64,000 bases of DNA from Raja brachyura (GCA_963514005.1 OY740812.1:9858001-9922000), one strand, 5' to 3'. Counted from the first letter of the stretch, positions 13,705 to 25,553 are shown. The notes: generated by a model from the sequence alone, not told the origin. Program-made: numbers and translations.

Positions 13705-14475
13705 CACGGATCACTTAAGAAATACTTTATTACTTTTGTGTAACTTGCAATTTACATTGCAGTACAATTGCACAAAAACCTTCCAGAAGAACAGCATAAA
13801 AGTTCAAAATACATTCCTTTCACGGTCTCATTTATTCATAAATGAAATAGTAAATTTACAGATTTTTACTAGATAAAAGTACATTGTGCTTTTACGGCCA
13901 TAGTTATTAAAAATATACATTCATGTCGGAAACATAATCATTTTAAGATACATTTCTTAAAATATTGACATGGATCAGGATTTCCAAATCTGACAGCAGT
14001 AGTGTATGTCTGGCAGATTTAATTAAAAATATGGAAAGACATGCCAAGTAGTATTACCATAAGCATTTTAATGAATATCAATGGGATGGTGTAGACCTCA
14101 AATTACTTATTTACTAATCATTAGTAACCTTTGATAAAACTGATCTTGGATGAAAATTTGAAATTACACCCAAGTTAAGAGGAACTATGGGGCCCATATG
14201 CCAACTATGGTGACTATCAGCCAAGTATCAGTCCGGCCTGTAAAGAAGCCCATAGGGAATTTTGCTGCCTTAATCTAACAACAAATTTGTATCACTCCAC
14301 AGCACATTCTCAACTGCCTGCACTATCTCCAGCGTCCATAGTAAAGTTTTGACTAGACAAACCATTACTCGGTATGTGATATATTTTGTTTCCTTTAGCA
14401 CATTAAATATACTGCTTCAGAATAAAATTTACATTAATATAACATTAGAGTAGTACTCTGCACCTGAGAAAGATG

Positions 14476-14540
<65 letters not shown>

Positions 14541-16264
14541 ACTATATTACTAAATAAATGCCCCATTCACCAAACCAGAGCATGAACTCAATTGCAATGA
14601 CACAGATTTTCACTCCTAGTGATAAATAGTTGCAAGGGATGTATTTATTATGAACATCCACCAGTCCTGGATGAGCCAGTACTGCTTTACCCAGACACTG
14701 AGCAGAATTCAGCATCACCGATTTGAAAGACCTGGACATTTTCTGTCACATTTTGGTTCAAGTCCTAGTGTCTAATTGTCTTGCAGTTTAACAATTGCAT
14801 TTTGACAAAGTGAAGAAAAATGACACATTCCTGTAATTATTTAAAACTAATAAGTGAATAAAAATATCCTACCCACAGGTCACGAAACCCATAGCAAGGT
14901 TTCATATTGTTATTCATACATCCTTACTTAATTTAGCATCTAAACAATATTGCCATGTTAATTATTAAATAAAGCTAAGAGTATGAATTGATAGTAAAAT
15001 GCACTTGGATAAAAGAAATTTCAGAATTGAGGAATGAACCAGTAAATTCAGTTTTAAAAAATGGGCAGATTATTGAACACGGGAAGATCAAATCAAACCA
15101 CGGAGAATATGCAGGAGAAGAACTCTTGCAACTCACCCAATTCTCACTGCACTACACCAAAACTCCATTTTGGAGTATTTCAGTGAAATCCATCACCATG
15201 AAGAGAAATGAATTCCATTAGTTTCATTTCAGGCCATAAATATCAAACATCTGATTGCTTATTACTTTGTTCTCTTATAATGAAAGATATTTTAACTTCT
15301 CCTTTCCATGTGCTGCTCTGGTTTCAAGTTCCTAAAAATATTTATAGTTCCACCTTTGGGTCAACAGAAATGAGGACAATTCCACCATGTTAGCACCTCA
15401 TTGTTGCCTGCTTGCAACTCAGCCAACAATAAAACATGCTTCTCACAAAAAAAAAGAAACGTATCACTCTGACACCACATGGGATTGAATTGTCTCGCAT
15501 TCACTTTCAATAAGGCAGCCAACTCTGCATGGTGGTCAATAGTTTTGCTCTTGAACATCAAGGGATCCCACAGAACACTGCGCCATGAACCAGCTTAAGG
15601 CACATCAACATTAGAAAAGAGTTGGAGGAGAATTGGTGCAATTTATTTGTATATAGAGCATTTATTATCTACTGCTGAAATTAGTGGAGATGTATGTGCA
15701 TTTATAAAACTTGGAAAGAACTTCTCCATAGAAAGTCTATCAAACCCCCTCATAAGAGGAACTCATTGTGGAAATTAAAGGGTCTCGACTCGAAACATCA
15801 CCTATTCCTTTTCTCCAGAGATGCTGTCTGACCCACGCAGTAACTCCAGCTTTTTGGGTCTGTCTTCTGGGAATTCAATCTCTGTTTAATTTAATTTGAC
15901 GACTTGCATGACAATAACTGCTATGTCATTTTCCCTACTAAGGTAATATAGTTCCATTCACCTCCATGAAATCATTCGGCTATTTGACATTGACCAGTCC
16001 AGACAAATACAATTAAAAGCATTAAGGTAACAGGGCAGAGTCATCTAATAGTTCTATTTATCATCTACTAATTCAAATAAAACAATGTAATGGTCATCAA
16101 ACTGGAAACTTAGCACATAACCAGATAATTCAATTGAAATGTTCTTATGGTTTGATCTGTCTAGTAGTTTTGGTGTCCAATCTATTTGAAGTAAGCTGAG
16201 CTTTAAGTAATTGAAATGAGAACAATAATTTATAATCCCAGGATCCCGAAGATTTAAATAAGCT
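13705..16264 (-). other. MAP3K14: Putative MAP3K14 3' UTR (~2.5 kb)
   Basis: Mostly unique AT-rich sequence after the stop. AATAAA on the minus strand at 13731-13726 is followed by a GT/T-rich downstream element. Other AATAAA hexamers exist, so the end is tentative. Confidence 0.5.
14478..14537 (+). repeat. (TG)n microsatellite in the putative 3' UTR
   Basis: About 30 perfect TG units. Confidence 0.97.
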
Positions 16265-16429
16265 TCAAGATTTGAAATTAAGGTTTCCATCCTTAATTCT
16301 CCATGTCCAGGAGCTGCTCGAATTGGAAGCAGGAGCACATTTTAGATCAATTCCAGAATCTGGGATTTCAAAGTCAGGAGAAATAGGATATCCATTTTGC
16401 TTCACCAGGGAGTAACTTGCGACCTGGAT
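16265..16429 (-). CDS. MAP3K14: MAP3K14 last coding exon (exon 16) with stop codon
   Basis: IQVASYSLVKQNGYPISPDFEIPDSGIDLKC...WTWRIKDGNLNFKS* versus NIK IPAAAFSLVTKDGQPV...EVPDSGIDLQC...WSWRVKHGQLENRP*; TGA at 16267-16265. Confidence 0.95.
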   Translation of the reverse strand: MQVASYSLVKQNGYPISPDFEIPDSGIDLKCAPASNSSSSWTWRIKDGNLNFKS

Positions 16430-16725
16430 CTGCCAATAAGAAACAAGTCAGTTAAAGACATTTTTATTTACAATTCACGCAGAGTTAAAACATGTCATAC
16501 ATATATGTTGATTTGACTTTACTGAATTGTCAACAAAGGTTTTTGGAACGGAGGGTCAGGTCTGGACTGTTTGTCCCACAATGAATTTGTGTTGTATTAA
16601 ATTAGGTCATTGTTTGTCTGTAATCTTACTCTATATACTTGCGATTGCTCCATTTTCCTCATTTATTTTGGCACATAAATACTTAACCAAATTCAAATTG
16701 AAGTGCAACTATTGTCTTGATCTCA

Positions 16726-16830
16726 GTCTTGATCCCAGTCTGAAGAAGGGTCTCGACCCGAAACATTGCCTATTTCCTTCGCTCCATAGATGCTGCCTCA
16801 CCCGCTGAGTTTCTCCAACATTTTTGTCTA
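16726..16830 (+). mobile_element. Penelope terminal-repeat-derived short element with hammerhead core and 12-bp TSD
   Basis: TSD GTCTTGATCTCA at 16714-16725 and 16831-16842; CTGAAGA AGGGTCTCGACCC GAAAC at 16740-16764. Confidence 0.8.
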
Positions 16831-17119
16831 GTCTTGATCTCAAATGTCATGTTCACGGGAGTTCCAAACTTTTGCCACGCTTTTCCTGTATAAATGTCAC
16901 CCAATTTTAATCTAACAGATATTTTTATGATCCGCCCTCTTTTATTCATATTCCCCGACCAGTAAAAATAATTCCTCTCTATCTGTCCTATGTAATGGTG
17001 TGAAAACTTTGATCCAAAGTTTATTTTCTAAGCTCCAAGTAAAATAACCATATATAATTCTACAAAATCATTTCAGTGCACTCTCAAAGCCAATATACAT
17101 TTGGTAAGAGCAGAAGAAA

Positions 17120-17860
17120 ATACCTCGACTACCCCCAACAAGAACAAGTCGAAAAACCAACCCGTAACATTTAGTGGCAATACCATAGTCGCATTCACCA
17201 CCTTCAACATACTGAGGATCACCACTGATAGAACCTCAACAGTACCAGCCACATAAATACTTTGGCTACAAGAACATGTTGGAGCTGGTTATTCTGCATC
17301 AAATGATTCACCTCCAACACATCCAAGTTGATTCCTCCACCTACATGGCACATGAAAGTCTTCAATAGCTTAGATGAGTGCATCACCAACAGCTCACGAG
17401 AAGCTTAATACCATCCAGGAAAAAGCAACCCACTTGCTTGGCTTCTTCTATCATCCTAAATATTTATTCGTTCCACCATCAGCAGAGTGATGCAACATGT
17501 TCAGTCTACTAAAGGCACTGCTGTTACTTGCTCATGTAACCCTGACACCATCTCCCAAACCCGCTCTCAACAATCCGGAAGGACATGGGGAGCACTGGCA
17601 TGGAAATACCACTTCCTACATATTCCATCTATCCTACACCAACTTGTAAACCATCCTGCCTTGAAATATATTGCTGGCCCTTTATCATCTCTGGATCCAA
17701 ATCGTGGAATTGCATACTAACAGCACCAAGGACCAAGTACCTTCACTACAATCACCTGGACAATTCAAGAAGGTGGTTCATCTACACTTTTCCAAGGGAT
17801 GTGTAATTAATGCTAAGCTTGTCAGTGATATCCAGACCTCAAAAATGAATAAAGTCAATT
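17120..17860 (+). mobile_element. Old CR1-type LINE 3' end (second family)
   Basis: Degenerate ORF2 end and tail (AATGCT....TTG.CAGTGA...CCA.A....AAAATGAAT) shared with the element at ~46450-46715. Confidence 0.55.
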
Positions 17861-18502
17861 TTTAACACGATAAAGTACCCATTACACAATTTGAAGCCCT
17901 GAGACCTTCCATTCTCTCCTGCAAATAGCAGTTGCTAAATCAATTGTTAATTTTACATAAGGGATTGATAAATACTTATTAACCAAATGTAAAGTAATTG
18001 GAGCAATACGAGGCAAATGGAGCCGAGCCGCAACCTGCCACATATAATGCACAGCATTTATACGCGCTAGCAAAGTCAACCACAAAGGTTACACCTGCAA
18101 TAATTTCAGCAATTCTGCGTAATACAATAGATGTGGAGTATTTCTGAGCCTCATTTATGCAAATAAAACTAATGGCTATATCTCGTCCAACTACTATTTA
18201 AAAAAAAAGAATTCCATTGTGGTGTGAAATGGGAGAAGGGTATCAATTGACAAAAGACTACACATTTGATACACTGCCAATTGGTCACATGAATAATATT
18301 TAATTTCAGCCTTAAACTCCATATTGCGGTCAAATTAAAACCATTAACTTGCTTTAATTTCTGCGGAAACAAAGCCTAGCATTCCAAATTACTGGAGATA
18401 TTACCTATTATGGTTTAACTGTAAATAATTGCATTAACAGTGAAAAGGAAATGGTAAATAGTAGGAACTGAATGAGCTCTCCTTGGGGAAAAATAAACTT
18501 AC

Positions 18503-18603
18503 CAGATTACTGATTCCTGTAGCCACCTGGCCAACTGTAGCTCTACGCACATCATGGACAATCAGACACTCGCCGCTGAATGTGTGTATTCTGGCCTCAA
18601 CTC
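18503..18603 (-). CDS. MAP3K14: MAP3K14 exon 15 (C-terminal IKKalpha/p100-binding region)
   Basis: VEARIHTFSGECLIVHDVRRATVGQVATGISNL versus NIK VKVQIQSLNGEHLHIREFHRVKVGDIATGISSQ; |GTAAGT donor. Confidence 0.92.
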
Positions 18604-19251
18604 CTTCAATAGAAAATTGCAGAATTTAGTATTGAGGACCAGGTTTCAGCTGTTTGGACAAGTTATAACTAAATCTCCAAGGAAAGCTACAAGGTGAATT
18701 AGCACATCAATAAGCTTGTGCATTAGTGGGTTAGAGTTGAACATTTTCACACTGGTGGTTCCTGCAGATGCTGTTACTTGGCTTCTGATTGGTGCTGAAC
18801 AAGAGAGGACAGATTTCTAGTTCTCAGTGGAATGGGAGCACTTTAAAAAAAGAAAACCGCTCTAAGAAGCCCATAATAAGCTGTTCACCTGGGAACCCTG
18901 ATGTTATGCAAGAGCCAAGTAGGAAAGAAAAACAGGTATTAGACAATCCAGCTGTTATTTACCAGCATAAAGCACGGAAGCCAGATGCTAACCCCAGATC
19001 AGAACCTGTTTATGTATCATTTTCCAAAGTACATCCCTGCACTGCACTCTAATGTCACTGCCATGATGAAGATCCCTCCCTTCTTAACAGAACTTCCCTC
19101 GGTGTTCAGATAATATTACTCATCTCCTTTCTATGGTCTACAATGTCAACTCTGTTGCACTTGGTGAAACCTGTAGGGTTCTATTGGTCGAGTGCACAAT
19201 TTTTCAATTAGGACCTCTTAAACGTATTTCTCCCCATTTGTTTTTGCTCAC

Positions 19252-19402
19252 CATTAAAGAGGCTTGGCATATCTTGCTGGTGATCTAGTCGTTGACTGAG
19301 GCTAAAGCTGGTGCTAAGTCCATCTGTGTGACTGTTCCATGACATTGAGTGAATTCCAGAACTGTAGTTGCCACTGAGACTGGGCATTCCCTTTTGGGAA
19401 TC
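19252..19402 (-). CDS. MAP3K14: MAP3K14 exon 14
   Basis: DSQKGMPSLSGNYSSGIHSMSWNSH...DMPSLFNG versus NIK ...LSSGVHSWSSQ...TPSYFNG; TAATAG| acceptor, |GTGAGC donor. Not in the ORF track. Confidence 0.9.
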
Positions 19403-19765
19403 CTATTAAAAAAAATGTATATTCCAGGTGAAAGATCAGTTGTATCACTAGAACTTCTTAATCTTAACCATCGTAACCCACATTAAAAAAAATGTTTTGG
19501 TCTACTACTTCCTCTTTGGTACCAAAATGCTAAATGACCAGTAGAAACTATATTAGGCTGCTATTTGAACATTTGATTAACTAATTGAAAGGTACAGCAA
19601 GGAAAATAGATCCTTTAGCCCACCCAGTCTACACTGACTATTGATTCCCCATTCACTATAGTTCCATGTTTCGCATCCACTCCCTACACACTAGGGACAA
19701 TTTACAAATAACAATTAACCAGAGGACCTAGGAGGAAACCCCATACAGTCACAGGTACAATATGC

Positions 19766-19907
19766 TTCTTCTTCTTGCATATGGCATGCACAGCCTAAAG
19801 TTGTAGGACAACTTGTTCTATTTGATTTTATTTGATTGTGCACGCCGGGTTGATTGCATTCGTCGAAACAGGGTGGACCACGTGAAGGTTGCAATCATCC
19901 TCCCCGG
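19766..19907 (-). mobile_element. ~140-bp retroposon (SINE-like) with (GAA)n tail, nested in a V-SINE-like element
   Basis: TSD ACAATATGC at 19757-19765 and 19908-19916; (TTC)n on the plus strand is a 3' GAA tail; it interrupts the host SINE. Confidence 0.85.
19852..19905 (-). ncRNA. Minimal HDV-like self-cleaving ribozyme fold (54 nt)
   Basis: Minus strand: GGGGAGG AT GATTGCA ACC TTCACGT GGT CCACCCT GTTTCGA C GAA TGCAATC. This gives P1 (G1-U wobble, one A-A mismatch), P2 7/7 bp, P3 3/3 bp, a 7-nt L3, and a C-GAA junction in HDV order. Confidence 0.75.
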
Positions 19908-20569
19908 ACAATATGCAAACTCCCTACAGTCAGCACCCGAGGTCAGGGTCGAACCCAGATCTCTGGTGCTGATGGGCAGCAGCTCTATCAGTTGCACCAC
20001 TGTACTACCATTATAAGTTTCTCTTTTCCCCCCTAATAACAGTAACCTGGAATGGCTACTGTATCACTGAAGATTTGCTTACCAAGGATGAGCAATTTCA
20101 GTTATGCATATGAGGGGTGCTTTTTGGAAGGATATTCCACCCTTCCATTTTCATACAATATCACATTTATCCCTCCATGATTTCTTAAAATAAATCTTGC
20201 GCTATTCACACACTTCTTGTCATCACACTTTCCATCCCATATTTCAATATAAACTCATTTGTCTACGTTCGTTCATTAATGCTCTCTTTCTCTCACCATA
20301 GATGCTGTCTGATCTACTGAGTGTTTTGACTTTCTTTTTCATTCTGAGTAATTGGTTATTTAATCTGCTCCTGGAATTTTCCTTAACAATCTCATAAAAT
20401 GTTTTCCCTGATCTTAACTTTCCATCTGTAACTGGATACAAGATCAACCAGTTAACTTGCATTGATACATATTGTCACTATTCTGGTCACTTATCCTTGG
20501 TAATAAACATAGGGAGTGATAATGTGATAGGCCTGTTCAGTATGGCAATGTATTATTGGTTATATATAC

Positions 20570-20676
20570 CTTGTCGTAGTCATCCATTATGCTATATGCA
20601 TCGCTGCTTAATACATCCAGTATGTGATCCTCCAACTTTTCAGGGAATACTTGCGATAGGTTATAAAGTAAAAATT
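20570..20676 (-). CDS. MAP3K14: MAP3K14 exon 13
   Basis: EFLLYNLSQVFPEKLEDHILDVLSSDAYSIMDDYDK versus NIK ELFLNSLSQPFSLEEQEQILSCLSIDSLSLSDDSEK; TTTCAG| acceptor, AAG|GTATAT donor. Confidence 0.9.
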
Positions 20677-20899
20677 CTGAAACAGAATTCAATAGAATCA
20701 GATTTAAAATTGTTGCATACATCAGTTTCAGCTACTAGCTTCAAACACATTCAGGATAAATTGATCTCGGCTGTTGGTTGCTCGCCAACTGCAACGTGAC
20801 GATGGAAAAATCTGGATCAGAGTTATTTCAAAAACAGAACATAGCTGGTTTGTGAGCTAGAGTTCATGGGTGTGTCAATTCTATTCTCTGCTGTATTAG

Positions 20900-21500
20900 G
20901 GTGACGCTATACGATGGCAGCCTCGCCAACAGTCTGTCTCGTCCTTTTTCCTCGTTTGTTGTTTTTAGTCCATTGTTAAATGTATATTTTAGTATCTTTC
21001 ATTTTGTATTATGTGGGGGGTGGGGGAAACTTAAAAAAATATCTTCCCTCAACGGAGATGCGGCTTTTCCCGTATCGTATCTCCGTCCACGCTGCGGCCT
21101 AACATCATGGGGCTGGTGGCCTTTTGCTGAGGATCGACTTCGGGAGCTCTAACTGTGGGAGCCCGCAGACTTAACATCGTAGAGCTCGCTCTCCCTTGGT
21201 TAGGAACCGACTTCCGGAGCTCCAAGCCGCAGGAGCTTCGATCGCCTCGACGCAGGAGTTTCGATCGCCCCGACTGCGGCTGGTTCGACTACCCCATCCG
21301 CGGGAGAATAAGGAGGAAGTAAGATTAGACTTTATTGCCTTCCATCACAGTGAGGAATGTGGGGGAACCGCTGTGGTGGATGTTTATGTTAATTTTTATG
21401 TAGTTGTGTGACTTGTTTCTTTTTTTGGCATGACTACATGGCAAATCAAATTCCTTGTATGTTTTCACATACTTGGCTAATAAATTAATTACAATACCAT
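20900..21500 (+). mobile_element. GC/CpG-rich non-autonomous retroelement
   Basis: Homologous at both ends to 58355-59100 (CAGCC.CGCCAACAGT head; CCTTCCATCACA.TGAGG...CATACTTGGCTAATAAA tail). A tail-only copy lies at ~7175-7260. Confidence 0.8.
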
Positions 21501-21962
21501 ACAACTATTTCTTTATTTTTCTAAACAACAAAGAAAGTCATTCCTCCCTGAAGGGAACCGAGACCATTCCCATGCCTTTTTCTGCACTATTTTGCAATTC
21601 AGCATGAGACAATGTTCAATTTTCACAACGTTTCTACACTATTTTGGCATCTCCTTGCGGGAAGTTTAGTTTGAGGGAAATTGTGACTCAAGACCATCTC
21701 TCACACTGTAAGAGCTGCCCTGGCAGAGTATTAATGAACTGCTCACCAAGCAAGCAATCTTGTTGTGAAAATGAAGTTCGTATTCATGAAATTTTTAAAA
21801 GAAATGTTAAGATCACTGAAAGTGAATAATAGCAATGTTACACACAGCACAAAAGCTCAATGAATTTGTCAATTTAGCATTCCATAAACATTTAAATGCT
21901 TGCAATCATAACAAAATAATTTCTTGCTCATTACTTCAAAAGCCGGAAGCAGAATAAAGTAC

Positions 21963-22439
21963 CTTTTTGCAGGTTCCCAAATTCCTCTACGAGTTTCTTC
22001 TCCGTTTCATTGTTCTGAAATGAAGGCAGCGACATCAGTGGTGAAGGAATCGATAAAACCTTCTCATCACTGAAAGGTTTCGTCGTTTCTGGGAAATGAC
22101 TATCATCATCTTGCAAATGCAACTGGTCAAAGTTACAGGCCAATTTGATGCTATTTTTTGGTTTTCTCCGGTAGATTTGTGGTGAATTTTTCTCAGTTAG
22201 AGGTTTGACCGCATTCACATTGAGTGGCTCTCTCTTCGGGGGGCAATGTTGGTACATGTTCGAGTCCACAGCAGCTGACACAGTTTCTGATCGAAGAGGA
22301 GGCCTGCCTTTCTTGGTGTCAGATACAGAATTCTGATGTACCTGGACTGGGGTCACTGCACTCTTATTGTTGCCATCCTCCGACTTGGCAGCACAACTCA
22401 CTTTCTGAGTATGATTACTCTGAGGAGTCCCGTTAGCTC
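21963..22439 (-). CDS. MAP3K14: MAP3K14 exon 12 (poorly conserved linker)
   Basis: 477-bp open frame with TTGCAG| acceptor and G|GTACTT donor. Phase 1-1 fits exons 11 and 13; ends EEFGNLQK, similar in position to NIK EQELQQLEI. Confidence 0.8.
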
Positions 22440-23485
22440 CTGCAATAGAAACCAAGGAGAAATTTAAAAAATTCAGCGTTGCAAAACAAACACCGCATCA
22501 CTTCCATCCAGCCTTGAATTGGATGCAACACTGTCTTTTAGACCAACAATAGCAAGTCAGATTTGCTGAATTCCTCATAATGACGAGGACCTCTTCCCAG
22601 GTTACTGGTTGACCAGGAGACATTTAAACTGGGTCACACTTGGACTTCCCCCTCTTGTTGAGCAGTGTATTTCACTTTAACCAAGTAATAATTTGGGTCA
22701 GGCAACAGCAGGTTAGAGTCTGAGCATACATCCACATTACTCTGTAGCAATATAATATCCACCATCCTAGGTCTCCAGACAGGCCTTGATATTACCATTC
22801 TTTATTCAAGAATACAACAAATATGTTTTAACAGAAGTATAGAAATGAGGTATGCACAGAAAAACCTCCAATAAAGCCATACATAATGAACGGTGGACTG
22901 TACATTTTATTACAACAAAATGATTCTAGCTGAAATGTGACTGGCCAAAGGCCACAAGGACATTGATCCCCATTGTTGAGACTTCCATTTTTAAGTTGGA
23001 TCAACTGTTGATACAGTTGATCGGTTTTAAAATTACAGATTAGATGAAGGTCTTCATTCAGGAATGAGGTGAAAATAAAAGGTCTCTATAATTAACCCGA
23101 TATCTTATTCCCAACCGCAGATCAACATTTCCTGTTGTAGTTGCGTGACATCGTCCCTTATTCAGGAGTATTTTTCCCAGATATGCTAGTGTGACAGCGC
23201 ACTTAATGTCTGCAGCAAAGCAAATCATAGGTGTAGCCCTGAGCCAATGAAGAATAAAGCTTTGATCTTTTACTCATTTACAGTTAGGAAAGGTATAAGA
23301 TTTTCAACCTGTGGATCAGGACATAACTCACTCATCTCTGAAAGAATTGCCAGTTACTGATAGAAATTGACCTGAGATTTTGGCATTCAGTTGTCGATTC
23401 TGCGGTTTCTTTTGCCATAATACAGCATTATTGGACAAAACATTCTGTTGCAAATAGAGGCTTTTAAGTCAATGGCTCAACTTAC

Positions 23486-23645
23486 GTTGTCTTAATGATG
23501 TCAACGCTCTGTTCACTGCTGCACGCAATTCAGACGCCGTAGCTCTTTTCCTTTGGTCTTTCACTAAACCAGCCCTGATCACATTAGCTGTGAGGGGGCT
23601 GCATGTGGGTGGTATTTCATTCACTGGAGGATCCTGTTTCACAAT
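23486..23645 (-). CDS. MAP3K14: MAP3K14 exon 11 (end of kinase C-lobe)
   Basis: IVKQDPPVNEIPPTCSPLTANVIRAGLVK...SELRAAVNRAL versus NIK [20 protein letters not shown]...VNRAL; CGCAG| acceptor, |GTAAGT donor. Confidence 0.93.
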
Positions 23646-24213
23646 CTGCGAAGAAAGCAAAAGGCAATCCATTGGCAACGTATCTTCGCATTCATGTCCA
23701 TAGACTGCTGAAGTAATTAATTACACAAACATTATAAATGAATACATATTTACTGCATCTCACCAGAAAGAGGTGAATGGAGTTCCTACGTTTTAATTGT
23801 GCCTCAAGTACTGATTTCAACAACTCTTGTGTAATAGTTTCTGTCATGCACATGTCATGACTCTTGTCATGCATGGCATGAATCCCTACTTTCAATGCTG
23901 AATGGATTGAATCCCACTTCTGTGTGTGATAGGCAGGATTTTGGACATTAATCAGCCCTGGGTATTATTTTCAGTGGGCTGCTGCAATACTGAAAACATT
24001 TAGACTATTGTCTTGCTTGTGATGTGAAATCATGCTTCCTCTTAGAATTTCTCCACCCAGATTTAGAGTCTTCAACACCTTCAAAACATTGAGCCTATAC
24101 CACAGCATGAACACATGCGCTCATTGCTGTGGGACAAAGCCCACTCAATATGAAATTTGACATCACTGCAAAACTGTAGCACTGCTTTTGCAGACTTTTA
24201 ACGTTAAACTCAC

Positions 24214-24377
24214 CTTGAGTAGCAGTTGTTGTGCTGTTATATTCCTCCAGGGGTGATGGCCATTTAACATGTGCAGCATCATACAAGCAACACTCCAGCT
24301 ATCCACCTTGACACCAAAGCCATTGCCTTCAACCACTTCTGGTGCCATATGCGTCACTGTACCCAAGCAGTGACTGC
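24214..24377 (-). CDS. MAP3K14: MAP3K14 exon 10 (activation loop, APE)
   Basis: GSHCLGTVTHMAPEVV...KVDSWSVACMMLHMLNGHHPW...LLLK versus NIK GTETHMAPEVV...MMLHMLNGCHPW; AAG| acceptor, |GTGAGT donor. Confidence 0.95.
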
Positions 24378-24924
24378 CTTGAAGGAGCGGAGAGAAAATA
24401 GACATTTTACAATTCTATTTAAAAGATTCTAGGGAAAACAGGTTACTGTGCATAAAAGCCGATTCATCCCTTGAAGGGCAGTGTTCACTTGGTACAGAAA
24501 GATTTATTAGCTGCCTTACTCATTTTTAAGCAAAATGAATATAAAAACCTATTTTGACTTGTTATTAGAGGAAATTATTGGTATCAGCTGGGGCATTGCA
24601 TAATGAAGGGAAGAGACTTCCTCAGGAATCATTTAGAAAAACTGAGGTTATGTTCACCAGTGCACACAATTTACGCCTTCTTATTTGCTCTCTTAAAATA
24701 TGCAAATCCCTGCATTTTGGGACCCTTCACAATTAGCTGCCAGCTCTTTGGTGGAGCCAAATAACAAATAGCCATCTGATTATTATTATCAGGGTTGTGT
24801 CTCTTGAAAATAATGATTGCGTTTACTCACAACCCCAATCCCATCCTCCTCCAGTTAAACTCCACTCCTCATGTCCATCCCAAGCACAAAATGGATTTAG
24901 CACTCATGTATAACTAACTCTTAC

Positions 24925-25026
24925 CTGCATTTGATGTGTTCTTTTCCTTTGTAGTTAATTGTGTTGAATGTCCAAAGTCACAGAGGTAAGCCTCTCGACC
25001 GCCGTTTGATATTAGTACATTTTCAG
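24925..25026 (-). CDS. MAP3K14: MAP3K14 exon 9 (DFG)
   Basis: AENVLISNGGREAYLCDFGHSTQL...; poly-T tract then TAG| acceptor, |GTAAGA donor. Confidence 0.95.
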
Positions 25027-25059
25027 CTACAAAAAAAAACACAAGGTGAATGTTTAATG

Positions 25060-25340
25060 TGGGGTAGAGCTGCTGCCTTTCAGTGCAATAGACCTGGTAT
25101 GACCCTGACCTTGGGTGGTGTTTGTATGGAGTTTGCATATCTTCCGTGATCACGAGGGTTTCCTCCGGGTGCTCAGGTTTCCTCCCACATCCCAAAGACA
25201 TCTGGGTTTGTACCTAAACGGCCATTATAAATTGCCCCTAGTGTTTCGGTAGTGGATGCAGAGTGTGAATGGGTGATCGATGGTCAGTGTGGACTTCGTG
25301 GGTGGAAGGGCCAGTTTTCACACTGTATCTTTCAATGAAT
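25060..25340 (+). mobile_element. V-SINE/HE1-like SINE in intron 8
   Basis: GGTAGAGCTGCTGCCT head, GGAGTTTGCA...GGGTTTCCTCCGGGTGCTC.GGTTTCCTCCCACATCCCAAAGAC core, CR1-type tail. Related degraded copies at ~33430-33750 (-), ~5455-5555 (+) and ~56914-57082 (-). Confidence 0.7.
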
Positions 25341-25421
25341 AAATCAAAAAAAACATCTGATTGAAACCCGAACCAAAAGTAAAAAAGGGATTTTAATAAC
25401 TATTATTTTGTCCAATCTTAC

Positions 25422-25553
25422 CTTTAACATCTCCATGTATAATTCCAAGGGAGTGTAGATGTTCCAGGGCTTCAAGCACATGGCCTGTGTAATAAAGAGC
25501 CACACCTTCAGGAAGAGGTCCGTTATTTCCAATTAGCTGTGCCACTGATCCAC
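25422..25553 (-). CDS. MAP3K14: MAP3K14 exon 8 (catalytic loop HGDVK)
   Basis: GSVAQLIGNNGPLPEGVALYYTGHVLEALEHLHSLGIIHGDVK; TTTTAG| acceptor, |GTAAGA donor. Confidence 0.95.

Larger units (their letters stand above)
19590..20010 (-). mobile_element. tRNA-derived V-SINE/HE1-like SINE (host of the nested insertion)
   Basis: Reverse complement resembles the SINE at 25060-25340 (GGAGTTTGCATAT...GTGA..G..TGGGTTTCCTCC core, CR1-like tail). Confidence 0.7.

Noticed and set aside
19106-19170. Possible alternative terminal exon after exon 14 (CTACAG|GT...GFTKCNRVDIVDHRKEMSNII*)
   Set aside because: Weak polypyrimidine tract and no NIK homology; true exons 15 and 16 are present downstream.
21685-21760. 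Minus-frame peptide DCLLGEQFINTLPGQ resembling the start of exon 13
   Set aside because: It runs into a stop, and 20570-20676 is a much better match with correct phase.
23372-23444. AG...GT-bounded segment just after exon 11
   Set aside because: The intron would be only ~41 bp and the required frame contains a stop.
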